Part shown: piece after piece, positions 50,081 through 62,087 of the stretch | How positions within the stretch are numbered: position 1 is the stretch's first letter | Layout of the letters: every line of letters starts with the position of its first letter | Source of the DNA: Octopus bimaculoides | Lineage: Eukaryota | Reading direction: 5' to 3' | NCBI RefSeq assembly: GCF_001194135.2 | Contig: NC_068987.1 | Span: 8,339,015-8,403,014 of the forward strand | Length of the DNA: 64,000 bases | Notes under the pieces: model-generated | What the model saw: only the letters and a program-made list of their open reading frames with translations | What the model was told of the DNA's origin: nothing | Database searches by the model: none | Translations under genes and position numbers: made by a program

Positions 50081-51321
50081 TCTGTTGTGAATGAAGAATA
50101 GTAGAATAGAAGATGTGCCATGCTGTGGTACTGAACTTGAAACCACATGGTTGCACAGCAGGCTTCTCATCTCACCCACACAGCTATGTCATTATAGCTC
50201 AAGGAAAACAAAACCTTTTTCCCTCTTCTAGTCTCTTCTTGAATTGACAAACCTCATGGCAAACCAACTGACTGATTTCTTCCTATGAACGCTGCTAGAT
50301 TTACATTAACTTACTCGTTCCAATATGCACTGATTGCTCTTCATTTAAACACCAGGTGCACAGCACATAATACAATGTTATCTTAGTTAATCTGTCAAAG
50401 CAATTTTCTCTCTGTTCTCCACCCAATCCCCAACCAACTCATTTGTGTCTAGCATTGTTCGTATGATGTTAGGAAAGTCCCTACAAAGCTGTCGTGATAA
50501 ACATTTGTTTTGTTAGGGTTTTTTTTTTGTTTGTTCTTTTTTTCTTGTTTTCATCCAAATTTGGCATAAGGACACAATGGTGATTATGGCTTGCAATTAC
50601 ATAAATGTAATTTTGGTAATTATTTTAAAACTTTCCTGATTTCATTTATTTATTTTTCTATTGACTGATTGATTGATTGATTTTCTAACTGCAAAGGAAT
50701 GACAGAAATAGTAAATTGGCAAAACTAGATGCTTCATTGTATTCAGTTTTGATTCTCCAGATTCTGAGTTCAAATCCTACAAGAGCCAGTTTAATTTATA
50801 TATATATATATATATGTGTGTGTGCGTGTGTGTGTGTGTACATATAACAGGCTTCCTGTTACCAAAACATTCATTTGTGGATTTGGTTGATGGAAACTGA
50901 AAGAAACCTAACTAATTGTTAGACAATGAGTAATTTACGACTATTACCACACGCACACACAGCTGTGTGGTAAGAAGTTTACTTCCCAACCACATGATTC
51001 TGGGTTCAGTCCCACATGGTGGTGCCTTACTATAGCCCTGAGCTCACTGAAGCTTTGTGAGTAGATTTAGTAGGTGGAAATTGATTGAAGCCCATCCTGT
51101 ATTCATATAGATATGTATGTATGTGTGTTTGTACCACCTTGTGTTGATATCACATGATACTTGTAAAATGGTTGTCACTGTCAAACAAGCAATGTCATTC
51201 CTTTCCAATATTCTGCAAAAACATGTCTCATCATCATCATCATTTAGTGTTTATTTTTCCATGGAAAGCAGACGTTAAACAATGATGATAACTGTATTAA
51301 AAAGCAGCAAAATTATCAGAA

Positions 51322-51365
51322 AAACTGTTACTCAAAGTTCCATGTTCCCATTCGTTGGACAGTTT
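51322..51365 (-). ncRNA. Degenerate type-I hammerhead ribozyme motif (minus-strand arm)
   Basis: Reverse complement AAACTGT-CCAACGA-ATG GGAA CAT-GGAAC-TTTGA-GTA-ACAGTTT: stems I and II pair fully; core carries U4C, G5A and A13G. Confidence 0.55.
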
Positions 51366-51382
51366 TGTTTAGAATTCTAAAC

Positions 51383-51426
51383 AAACTGTCTAACGAACAG
51401 GAACGTAAAACTCTGAGTAACAGTTT
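51383..51426 (+). ncRNA. Degenerate type-I hammerhead ribozyme motif
   Basis: Stem I AAACTGT/ACAGTTT, core CTAACGA, stem II ACA-GGAA-CGT, AAAAC, near-palindromic stem III ACTCTGAGT, GTA cleavage triplet. G5A and G12A predict inactivity. Confidence 0.6.
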
Positions 51427-52879
51427 TTCTGATATTTTTGCTGCTTTTTAATAAAGCATATTACTCTACCTCTGGTATTTGAGTACTCTTTTTTCCACCT
51501 TGTTTCATATGCATGTGCTTACTCTGGTGTATAAATAAATAAATATATATATATATATACACACCTCAGTCTGTATTCTGTTGATTCTGTCTAACATGTA
51601 AATTTTTTATTATTTTTTCCAGGTGAAGCTGCTTTGTTGGTCACAGTTTCCACCAGTTCTTCTTCTGCAAAAGTATTGGCTCACCAGTTATCTGTGGTGT
51701 ATTAGATACGATATTAATTTGTCTCTCTATATACTCTTCACACACACACACACATATATTTGGAAGCCATCTTTACTACCCATTACTTTGTGTTTATTCC
51801 CTATATTTTTCGCTTCCCTGTCTTTAGTAGACTTTCTCCCCTGCTAACATCTTACTTCACTAATTTACTAAAATAACATGCTTTACCAGCTCTTGCTCAC
51901 AATCCACTTACATCAACTGACGCACACACACACACACTCCTTTTTTTTTTTACTTACCCCATTATGCCTTTTTCTTTCTTTGTAATTATGCTTACTAAAT
52001 TCTAGAATGCTATTGTATCTGCTTCAAAAACTAAAGCTAGGTACCACTGTTACCACCACCACTACTATTAATAACTTTACTGCGGATGCACGATATAATT
52101 ATATCTCCAATATAACTGATAGGGTGAAAGCACATGGCCTTGTGGTTAGGGGTGTTGCACTCACAATTGCAAGATTGTGGTTTCAATTACTGGACCAAGC
52201 GGTGCATTGTGTTCTTCAGAGTCTTCAATGGAGCAGTATCCTATTCAGGGGGTAACATTGTGATTTTGGTCTCTTATACACCTTGCAAACCAGGCTGCTG
52301 ACCCTAAGTGCTCAAGGGCTCAATGTAGTAATGCCCAGGGGTTACATCATAGCTGTTAAGAAATACTGTTGCCAGAAAAGTTGTGGTAGAGTGCCAGGCT
52401 ATAAATGTAATTGCTGTATTTTAAATTTTCAAACCCCTAAAGTTTGAGTTCAAATTTTACTTAGGGCCAACATTGGTTATCCTTTTTCTCTGAGATTGAG
52501 AACAATACGTACCAGTAATATACTGGGTGATCGGTCTTATCCCATACACAACTGTGGCCTTCTGCTGTGCCAGTGTGGCATGCTACTAATATTATTGCTG
52601 CTGTTACTATTGCTACTACTGCTGCTGCTGCTGCGGGTGCTGCTTCAGAGCCCTGTCCTTACTCTATAAATCTGTGCAGCAAGCTTCATAGAGAGCATCT
52701 TTTGGTGGAAGGTGTTGTAAGTTCTAATCCTTTTATAGTCACTTCTGCAAAATAAATAAATAAAATTTGGTAAGAGAGCATCACTTCTTTTTTTTTTTTG
52801 GTTTTCTGCATTTTTTTTTTCTCTTGTGTGTGTGTGTGTGTGTGTGTGTGTATTTGGTAACGGTGTATTGTGTTCTTTT

Positions 52880-53097
52880 ACTTGTTTAGGGCATTAGACT
52901 GCGGCCATGCTGGGGCACCTCCTTGAAGAATTTTTGGTTGAATGAATCAACCCCAGTACTTCCCTGTCCCCCTTTTTTTTCCCATCCTGGTACTTATTCT
53001 GTCAGTCTCTTTTGCCAAACTGCTAAGTGATAGGGATGTAAACACACCAAAACCAGTTGTCATGCAATGGTGGGGTGACAATCATAGGCACAAACAG

Positions 53098-53144
<47 letters not shown>

Positions 53145-53146
53145 CG

Positions 53147-53184
<38 letters not shown>

Positions 53185-53520
53185 CACATGTATATANNNN
53201 NNNNNNTATACACATGTATATACATATGTGTATACATATATATATATATACACACGTGTGTGTATATATATATATATATATACATACATGTGTTTATTTA
53301 CATATACATATGTGTATACATATACATATATATATATACACCTATGTGTGTGTGCACACACACACACACACGATAGGCTTCTTTCAGTTTCTGTCTATCA
53401 AATTGACTCTTAAGGTTTTGGTTGGCCTGAGGTTATAGTAGAAGAGACTTGGCCAAGGTGCCATGCAGTGGGACCGAACCCAAAACCACGAGATTGGGAA
53501 GCAAGCTTCTTACCACACAT
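52880..53520 (-). mobile_element. Family B SINE with hugely expanded central (TA/CA)n microsatellite
   Basis: 3' half at 52880-53095, microsatellite with a 10-N gap at 53100-53372, 5' half at 53373-53520. Confidence 0.8.
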
Positions 53521-53694
53521 GTTCACAATTACTATAGCAGGATAGATTACAGACTTTGCAATAGCATACCAACATTACAACTAACCACCACCACCACCAC
53601 GACCATCATAAATATTACAATAAATATCATAACATTTATCACTATCATTAGTATACTTATTATTTTTTTATGTTCGTTAATATTTCATTAGTGA

Positions 53695-54075
53695 AGAAGG
53701 CAACAAACTCACCGAATCATTAGCATGCCATATGAAATACTTAGCGATATTTTGTCTGTCACTACATTCTGAGTTCAAATTTCATTGAGGTTGTATTTGC
53801 CTTTCATCCATTCGGGGTCAATGAAATACCATATTTTAACACGTATAAAGAACCCTTGTGTATATGGAACCCCCTAATGTTTTGGGCTTAAAATCTGGAA
53901 AAAAAAAAGTTTTGTAAGGGATTATAATACTATCCATGTATAAGAAACTCCCATATTTTTTTAGCCTAATTTTTGATAAAAAAAAAAAAGGGTTCCTTAT
54001 ACATGTTAAGATACAGTAAGTACCAGTGAAACACTGGGGTCTATGCAAATGACTTGTCCCCCTCCCTCCAAATTT
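53695..54075 (+). mobile_element. Family C SINE interrupted by a MITE
   Basis: GAGTTCAAATTTC...CATTCGGGGTCAATGAAA|TA [MITE] TA|AGTACCAGTGAAACACTGGGGTC. Confidence 0.75.
53827..54018. mobile_element. pogo/Fot1-like (Tc1/mariner superfamily) MITE
   Basis: TA|CCATATTTTAACACGTATAAAGAACCCTT ... AAGGGTTCCTTATACATGTTAAGATACAG|TA (24/29 TIR match). Confidence 0.8.
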
Positions 54076-54409
54076 CAGGCCATCTGGACACTTGGATAAA
54101 CTTTCTAATGATCATCAGTCAATGGTGACATTCTTTTTTATAACAAAACATCGAGTGAGAAAATTAGATGGAATGTGACATATTAAAGAAGCATGACTTT
54201 GGTAGACAATGCCATAAACCGAACTACTTTCTGGATGAAATGTCCAACATCCTAACGGTCAATGTATCACACATCGTCCCCAAAGTCATTCTAATACTAA
54301 TTATGTGATATTTCATAATGCATGTGTTAATGCAAAACTGTGCACTAATGTATTATTTGATACATAAATTGTGCATGGTATTTCTTCTGTGGAAACTGTT
54401 AGAATCTAA

Positions 54410-54600
54410 AGTGAAAGCACGTAGCCCAGTGGTAAGAGTGTTGCACTCAAGATTACATGGTCATGGTTTCTATTCCCTGACCAGAAGGAATGGTGTATTG
54501 TACTCATGCGAAACCCTTCATTCCACTCAGCTATAAATGGTCACCCAGCAACAGACCAGCATCCTGTTCAGGTGGGGATGTTGTGGTCTTGGTCACTTAT
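54410..54600 (+). mobile_element. Old tRNA-derived SINE (related copy at about 52125-52260)
   Basis: GAAAGCACGTAGCCCAGTGGTAAGAGTGTTGCACTC head; CACTCAGCTATAAATGG; GACCAGCATCCTGTTCAGG. Confidence 0.55.
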
Positions 54601-54717
54601 GCGTAACTGACCCCACGAGTCCTTGGACTTGGCATAATAATGTCCAGGCTTTGATGATTAGGATTTAGTTTAAATCCTTTATCAACTCAGTCCCTAGCTA
54701 TTTCAGGTTCTACTAAT

Positions 54718-54883
54718 TACCGTATTTTAATGTGTATAAGGAGCCCCCTAATTTTTGGGGCTTAAAATTTGGAAAAAAGATTTTGTAAGGGATTAATACT
54801 ATCCATGTATAAGAAACTCCCATATTTTTTTTTAACTTAATTTTTGACAAAAAAGGGTTCCTTATACATGTTAAAATATGGGA
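54718..54883. mobile_element. Second copy of the pogo/Fot1-like MITE
   Basis: TA|CCGTATTTTAATGTGTATAAGG ... CCTTATACATGTTAAAATATGG; internal sequence near-identical to 53829-54016. Confidence 0.8.
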
Positions 54884-55089
54884 TAAACTAAAACCACATT
54901 TAATGGAGTAACATGAGACAATCTCTCTGAAATTTCTCCCCTTTAAACATTGGATCTAACCCAGATTGACTTAGCTCATTCTTTCTCTTTCTAAGCATGA
55001 TAAATAGTTATACATTGAGGAAATGGAAACAGAGTGGGCAGAGAATCATAAGGCAAACCTGAATATTATTCATTAATTAGATGTCATGT

Positions 55090-55262
55090 TTAACCCTTAA
55101 GCATTCAGATTATTTTGTCCAGTGTAATGGTTATTTATTTATAGTTTTAAATTAATCATACATTATCTTGTAGCTTTGAGATTTCAATAATGTGATTGCT
55201 TAATTTTTGAATGGCATTGTAGAGTAGGTGCAAGAGGCTGGATGCCATCAATTTTAAATGCA
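55090..55262 (+). mobile_element. piggyBac-like MITE, 3'-truncated
   Basis: TTAA|CCCTTAAGCATTCAGATT; body matches 58885-59107. Confidence 0.65.
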
Positions 55263-56038
55263 AAATACACAATGTGTATAAATAGTGCATGAAATTTAAA
55301 TTAGAAGTATTTTAACAGTGATGGTGGTGGTGAATGTGGTAGTGGTGGTCATGGCAAGTTACATAATTTATGAGGTTGTTCAGTTTCATGTAAGACTGCA
55401 GCAGCCACCTAATCCTCTACAAGCTACACCTGTTGTATGATTCGAACTCAGCAGGCAAACCAACAAAACACTAATCAGTTATATAGAGCTCCCACTGCTT
55501 GTTACAATAAAAATTTTTTGCTTAGTATCAGGGACAAGATGTGAATGAACTGTCAGTCTTTAAGTAAACTGTGACCCTGCTGGTTCATTATCTGAAAGGG
55601 ATTTTGAAATTGGTTAGTCTCCCTAATTTTGGCAGCTCCTGACAACTTTTCCCTGGAATAAATAATTAAGATTCTGACTTTTTCCATAATTCTTCAATTA
55701 ACCTCAGCCACAGTAGAAAGAGGTGTGAGAACCAGTTGAACTGTCAATCTATGTCAAGGAATTTAGCTCACCTAGGACACACATACCATGATATAATTTA
55801 TCTGTATATCTATATGAATCAGTCATAGGCAACATCTGGTCTGTGAGTCATTCTTAACGGCACTCCGAAATGGAAAACCACTTGAATTGTTTCTAGTAAT
55901 GTGACCCACCTAATGATGAACCATTTAGCTTGTGGCCCACTTTTTGAACAAGGTTATCCTGCCTGGTATAATTATTAAGTCAAAGCCTCTTTGCTACAGG
56001 GACAGCTGCTCAAAGCCCCTTTTCCTTTTTTATGGTCC

Positions 56039-56206
56039 TTAACCCTTTTGATACCAACCTGCTCAAGACTGCCCCTGCTTCTATGATACAAAGTTTCTAT
56101 ATAAAGTGATTTTAATGAAAATTTCCCATTAACCTTCCAGATTAATTTATGACCAAGGTATTTTAGTAAATTCTGTTCCAAAATTAATTGAAATAAAAAG
56201 GGTGAA
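56039..56206 (+). mobile_element. Second piggyBac-like MITE family
   Basis: TTAA|CCCTTTTGATACC ... AAAAAGGG|TGAA; its left end also occurs reversed at about 14085-14122. Confidence 0.55.
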
Positions 56207-56607
56207 GTTCAACAAAAGGGGTCACAGTAACAGAGGAAAGATTTCTAAAGATCCTTTTTTTGGAATTAGATGTTTATTGATCTTTTTTTCTGATCACCCT
56301 CTCCCTGTTTTTTTGTTTTTTTTTTTCCTTTTCTTTGTAAATCAAAGGAAAGGTGTAGGGGGAAAATAGATGTTGCATTTGTTCAGTTCCAGAAATGGGA
56401 CAGAAACTTTCTTCACTATTGTTCTGTTCTGTTCAGGGTTTGTACCATTTTGTAGGGTTTAAGAAACTTTTACTCAGATATTGCACGCCTGATCTTTTAG
56501 ATCTGTGCTCCCTCTCTCTCTAACCACAGCTTATTTTAGTACCTATTTGTGCTCTAACAAACTAATGTACCACACCCAGTATGATGTTATGTCTTACTCA
56601 GATTGCC

Positions 56608-56645
<38 letters not shown>

Positions 56646-56964
56646 GTGGTGGCTGGGGAAGAGAGGGAGAGAGAAAGAAAAAGGCGTAGAGACCAAGAAT
56701 GGTTATTGTTACACTATTGGCATAGATTGAAATCAGAGCAAACATTTGGTTTTCATGTGTGCGTGTGTGTGTGTGTGTGCACATGTATACGTATGTGTGT
56801 GTGATGCATATAAAGATGTTTATTATAAACATGTTCGTACACTTGTGTGCATATGCACACACATACACACACACACGCAATTGAAGATTTGGAATGTCTA
56901 TGTTTACCTTGGATAAAAGACTCCCATTAAGTCAGACACTTCTAGATATTCTACAAATTGTTAG

Positions 56965-57159
56965 NNNNNNNNNNNNNNNNNNNNNNNNNNNNNNNNNNNN
57001 NNNNNNNNNNNNNNNNNNNNNNNNNNNNNNNNNNNNNNNNNNNNNNNNNNNNNNNNNNNNNNNNNNNNNNNNNNNNNNNNNNNNNNNNNNNNNNNNNNNN
57101 NNNNNNNNNNNNNNNNNNNNNNNNNNNNNNNNNNNNNNNNNNNNNNNNNNNNNNNNNNN
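56965..57159. other. Assembly gap (195 N)
   Basis: N-run. Confidence 1.
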
Positions 57160-57316
57160 GACTGGGTGGGGGTGGGGGGCAGGGGTGAGAATCGTGTAGG
57201 TAAAAATAGTTGCAGTGTTTAGTAAATGAGATTTCATGGCTTCTATTGTAGACATTGTCTTGTATGTCTATATACACAGGTTGCTATGCTACACCTCTTC
57301 CTCAACCATTGTAATA

Positions 57317-57348
<32 letters not shown>

Positions 57349-57792
57349 TTACAGATGCACACATACTTACATGTCTACATAAACACATACACATTTGTGT
57401 GTGTGAAGCAGAGTTGGGCTATGTAAAGGTATTAGCTTCATACTTGTTGCTTGTGGCTTGTAAGTTCAAACCCCAGTATTGGTATTTCATTGTTTCTAGG
57501 AACAGCATTTTATTCTGTACATACCTGTCCAGTTAAATTTGGGAATAGTTATCAGATCACCTGAGAATGTTAACCTGCAAAAGACCTGGAATCCTTTTCA
57601 GGAGAACATTTCATTTTTCGTCTGCTACACTATTTAAGCTAAATACCAATTCTTAAAGGGTCTATCTCTATCTGTCTCTCTCCCCAAGGTCCTAGGAGAC
57701 ACTTAACACTACATACTTCTCCCTCTCTCCCATAATATATAACAATATATATATACACATACATTATATATAATATATATATATATATATAT

Positions 57793-58171
57793 NNNNNNNN
57801 NNNNNNNNNNNNNNNNNNNNNNNNNNNNNNNNNNNNNNNNNNNNNNNNNNNNNNNNNNNNNNNNNNNNNNNNNNNNNNNNNNNNNNNNNNNNNNNNNNNN
57901 NNNNNNNNNNNNNNNNNNNNNNNNNNNNNNNNNNNNNNNNNNNNNNNNNNNNNNNNNNNNNNNNNNNNNNNNNNNNNNNNNNNNNNNNNNNNNNNNNNNN
58001 NNNNNNNNNNNNNNNNNNNNNNNNNNNNNNNNNNNNNNNNNNNNNNNNNNNNNNNNNNNNNNNNNNNNNNNNNNNNNNNNNNNNNNNNNNNNNNNNNNNN
58101 NNNNNNNNNNNNNNNNNNNNNNNNNNNNNNNNNNNNNNNNNNNNNNNNNNNNNNNNNNNNNNNNNNNNNNN
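57793..58171. other. Assembly gap (379 N)
   Basis: N-run within (AT)n. Confidence 1.
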
Positions 58172-58218
<47 letters not shown>

Positions 58219-58880
58219 TTATATATATACCTACATATATGTGTGTGTGTGTATATATATGTATATATACACATATATTCATATATATATATGAAAGACA
58301 GTGACAATGGGAGCAGCCCTTAACTGCTTCCATATGTAGCTTCATATTGAAGTAATGTATTATTAGTAACACACCCTCAATGTACACACACACACACACA
58401 CACACACACACGGTTGTGTGCAAACTCTTATCTAAGCTGCTGCTTCTCCTCGTCTTCCTCCCCCCTCTCCTCTTCTGCCTTTTTTGTGTTGATATAACAT
58501 GGTGTATATTTGCTCATTTCCTGAAACGGCCTTTTTGTTCATCTCAACTTCCAAAAACACACACACACACAAAAGAGAATAAAGAAAAAAAAATGAAGAT
58601 ATCTTCTCTTTCAGACAGTCGCACAGAAATACCATTAAACATCTGCACCTCCATTTAATGCAAATATTCTCTTTGTAACAAAACAAAACAAAACAAAAAA
58701 TAATAAACAAAACAAAACGCCCCAACTATCTTCTGCCCCAACCTGATTACTCTGCCTACATTCACCCCTACCAAATTTAAACATCTGTCTGTCTGTGCGC
58801 AGTTTTACTTATTTTGTTCTAAGCTTAACATTGATCCGTCCATCTTGTTTTATAATCAATCCTTCACTTCTTTAGATTAT

Positions 58881-59332
58881 TTAACCGTTTAGCATTCAGA
58901 TTTCTCTCTCTCAAATGTAATGCTTATTTATTCACATTGTTCTGAATTAATCCTGTATTAATCTCATAGCTTTGAGATTTCGATGATGTGATAGTTTATT
59001 TTTACAATGACATTGCAGAGTAGGTGCAAGAGGCCAAATCTCACCAGTTTGAACATAAAACAATTTGAGTATTTGGGATGGATTTGGCTAGTCTCAATAC
59101 TAAACGGTAAACCCTTTAGCGTTCACATTACTCTGTGAAATGTTATGCTCATTTATTCACATTGTTTTCAATCATGCATTAACCTCATAGCTTCAGTGTT
59201 TCAGCAATGTGACTGTTTATTTTCATAATGACATTGTAGGACAGGTATGAAGGGCTGGATCTGGGCAGTTTGAACATAAAACAGGTAGAATATTTGATCT
59301 GGATGTGGCCTATTTAATTGCTAAAGGGTGAA
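58881..59332 (+). mobile_element. Head-to-tail dimer of piggyBac-like MITE
   Basis: TTAA|CCGTTTAGCATT ... ATACTAAACGG|TAAA|CCCTTTAGCGTT ... ATTGCTAAAGGG|TGAA. Confidence 0.75.
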
Positions 59333-60000
59333 ACCATTGCAGCCTGCAACCAAGTTCTCAGCGGTGAACTGGTCCATGTATGTCTGTTGTTGATCCTTCT
59401 GTTTTTTTTTCCTAAGATCCATCATTATGGTATGCTTAAGTCATCAGTAAGCAAATTTAACAATTGTGAAGCTGGCTACTAAACTATACCCCTCATCAAT
59501 TCCTAATAGCATGTTGTATTCTTAAGACATTTTATTTCACATTGCTTCAGTCCACTCAGGTGGCAAAAACCAGTTGTACCTGTTATTCAAAGGGCTACCC
59601 TTGTCACATTTTGTGTCTTGTTGAATCTCCCTATGAACTACATTAAGGGTATGCGTGTCTGTGGAGTACTCAGCCACTTGCAAATTAATTTCATGAGCAC
59701 TCATTGTTATAACTGACAACAGCCACACACCTATCTGTTGCTATTGGAATTATTAACTGTATACAAGGCTGCAAGCTGGCAGAAACATTAGCATCCCTTT
59801 GTCTGTCCTTGTTTGTCCTCTCTATTGCCCACAAGGGGCTAAACATAAAGAAATAAGAAACATTAGCACACCGGGCAAGGTGCTCAGCAGTATTTTGTCT
59901 GCTGCTACGTTCTGAGTTCATATTCCACCGAGGTCGACTTTGCCTTTCATCCTTTCGGGGTCAATAAATTAAGTACCAGTTATGCACTGGAGTCGATGTA

Positions 60001-60282
60001 NNNNNNNNNNNNNNNNNNNNNNNNNNNNNNNNNNNNNNNNNNNNNNNNNNNNNNNNNNNNNNNNNNNNNNNNNNNNNNNNNNNNNNNNNNNNNNNNNNNN
60101 NNNNNNNNNNNNNNNNNNNNNNNNNNNNNNNNNNNNNNNNNNNNNNNNNNNNNNNNNNNNNNNNNNNNNNNNNNNNNNNNNNNNNNNNNNNNNNNNNNNN
60201 NNNNNNNNNNNNNNNNNNNNNNNNNNNNNNNNNNNNNNNNNNNNNNNNNNNNNNNNNNNNNNNNNNNNNNNNNNNNNNNNNN
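60001..60282. other. Assembly gap (282 N)
   Basis: N-run. Confidence 1.
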
Positions 60283-60369
60283 AGAAAAAAATTAATCTCT
60301 GGAATTTTCTCTCTACCCATGAATTTCTTGCATGTTCTTTAGAAGTTTAAGCTAAACACCTATGCATTA

Positions 60370-61290
60370 AGGAAGCAAGCTGGTAGAATTATTAACGTGC
60401 TGGACAAAATGCTTAGTTTTTTTCCATTCAGAGTTCAAATCCCGATGAGGTCAGTTTTGCTTTTCATCCTTTTATGATTGATAAAAATAAAGTCCCAGTT
60501 AAATACTGGGGGTCAATATAAATGACTGGTTCCCCCCCCCCCAAAAAAAAATTCAGGCTTTGTGCCTGGAGTAGAAGCAAATATTACGAAGACGGTGAAC
60601 GGGAAGAATCATTAACACCTTGGGCAAAATGCTTTGCAGTATTTCTTCTGGCTCTTTATGTCCTGAGTTCAAATACCGCTGAAGTAAACTTTGTCATTCA
60701 TCCTTCCAGGGTCAGTAAAATGAAGTACCAGTTACATACTGGAGTCAATGTAATCAGCTATTGCCTTCTCTCAAAATTGCTGGCTTTGTGCCAAAATTAG
60801 AAATAATTATTATTACGAAAGCGGCAGGCTGGCAGAATCGTTAGCATGCAGAATCGTTAGCATGCAGAATCGTTAGCATGCTCGGCGAAATGCTTAGCGG
60901 CATTCTGAGTTCAAATTCTGCTGAGGTCGACTTTGCCTTTCATCCTTTCGGGGTCGATTAAATAAGTACCAGTTAAACACTGGGGTTGAGGTAATCAACT
61001 AGCCCCCTTCCCCGCCAAATTTTCCAAGGCCTTGTGCATAGAGTAGAAATAATAATAATAATAATAATTATTATTATTATTGAGGCAGACCTGTTAGCAT
61101 GCTGGAGAAAATGCTAAACAGCCTTTCATCCATCTTAACGTTCTGAGTTCAAATTCCGCCGAGGTCGACTTATCCTTTCAGGGCCGATAAAATAAGTACC
61201 AGTTGCATACTGATTCCGATCTAATTGACTCATCCCCCACCTTCCCCAAACTGCCCTTGTGGCAAAAATTTGAAATAATTATTATTATTT
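60370..61290 (+). mobile_element. Head-to-tail train of 4 family C SINEs
   Basis: Copies start near 60370, 60590, 60820 and 61082, each with GAGTTCAAAT B-box and AAGTACCAGTT body, and mostly separated by (AAT/ATT)n. Confidence 0.85.
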
Positions 61291-62087
61291 CAAACTTAAT
61301 GTAAAAACATTTTATTTTTCTAATTCAGTTTTCTTAGCGAAATTCATAAGTGAAACAAAAAAAAAGGAAAACTGATAAATTACAAATTTTCTTGGATTAA
61401 CTGAAAAGAAAAAACGCACACACACACACACACACACACATAAACATCCATTACACATACACACATACACACACATGCATGCATTACACACACATACATG
61501 CATATATACACATTCGCTCAAGCATTTTTCTCTGAACAGAAAGGACAAAACCTGTTGTAATGAAATGAACCCCTATTATTAACAAACCCCTTTTTTGATC
61601 TCTTTGGTGCATCCTCTCCCATCTCACCTAACATTTTACTCAACCGTATTTCGTCCTTCTTGATGTCCCTATACTTGACCTGGTCAAGCATTTCTATTTA
61701 ATTTACAATTTGATTTATAATTAATTTGCTTAGTTTTGTTTATATATATATATATATGGGTTTTTTTTTTTTAAATTACAAAGAAAAAAATAATAATGGT
61801 CTTTTCTCCCCCTCACCTCTCTCTAACTTTTCTCTTTCTCAAATACATACACACACACATGCATATGTACATACATAGGCATAAACACAATTTTATGAAT
61901 TAATTTACTGAAATGAAAAAAAAAAAAGGTCCCCAAAAACTAAATATGTATTAAAACAAAAAAAAAAAAAAGAGGGGGGAACAAAAACCTTGTGATTTAC
62001 TTTTTGGACCTTGTCTTTATGCTGGACCCAACATCTTAAATATTTGCTGGGGCCAACAGCTCTTGTTTATCTGTACATGTATGATGG

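Larger units (their letters stand above)
51295..51532 (+). mobile_element. Penelope-like pLTR relic with inverted 5' copy (80-bp-arm palindrome 51295-51453)
   Basis: Arms about 89% identical with no spacer (centre AGAATTCT); each arm has a hammerhead fold; AATAAA at 51450-51455. Confidence 0.65.
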
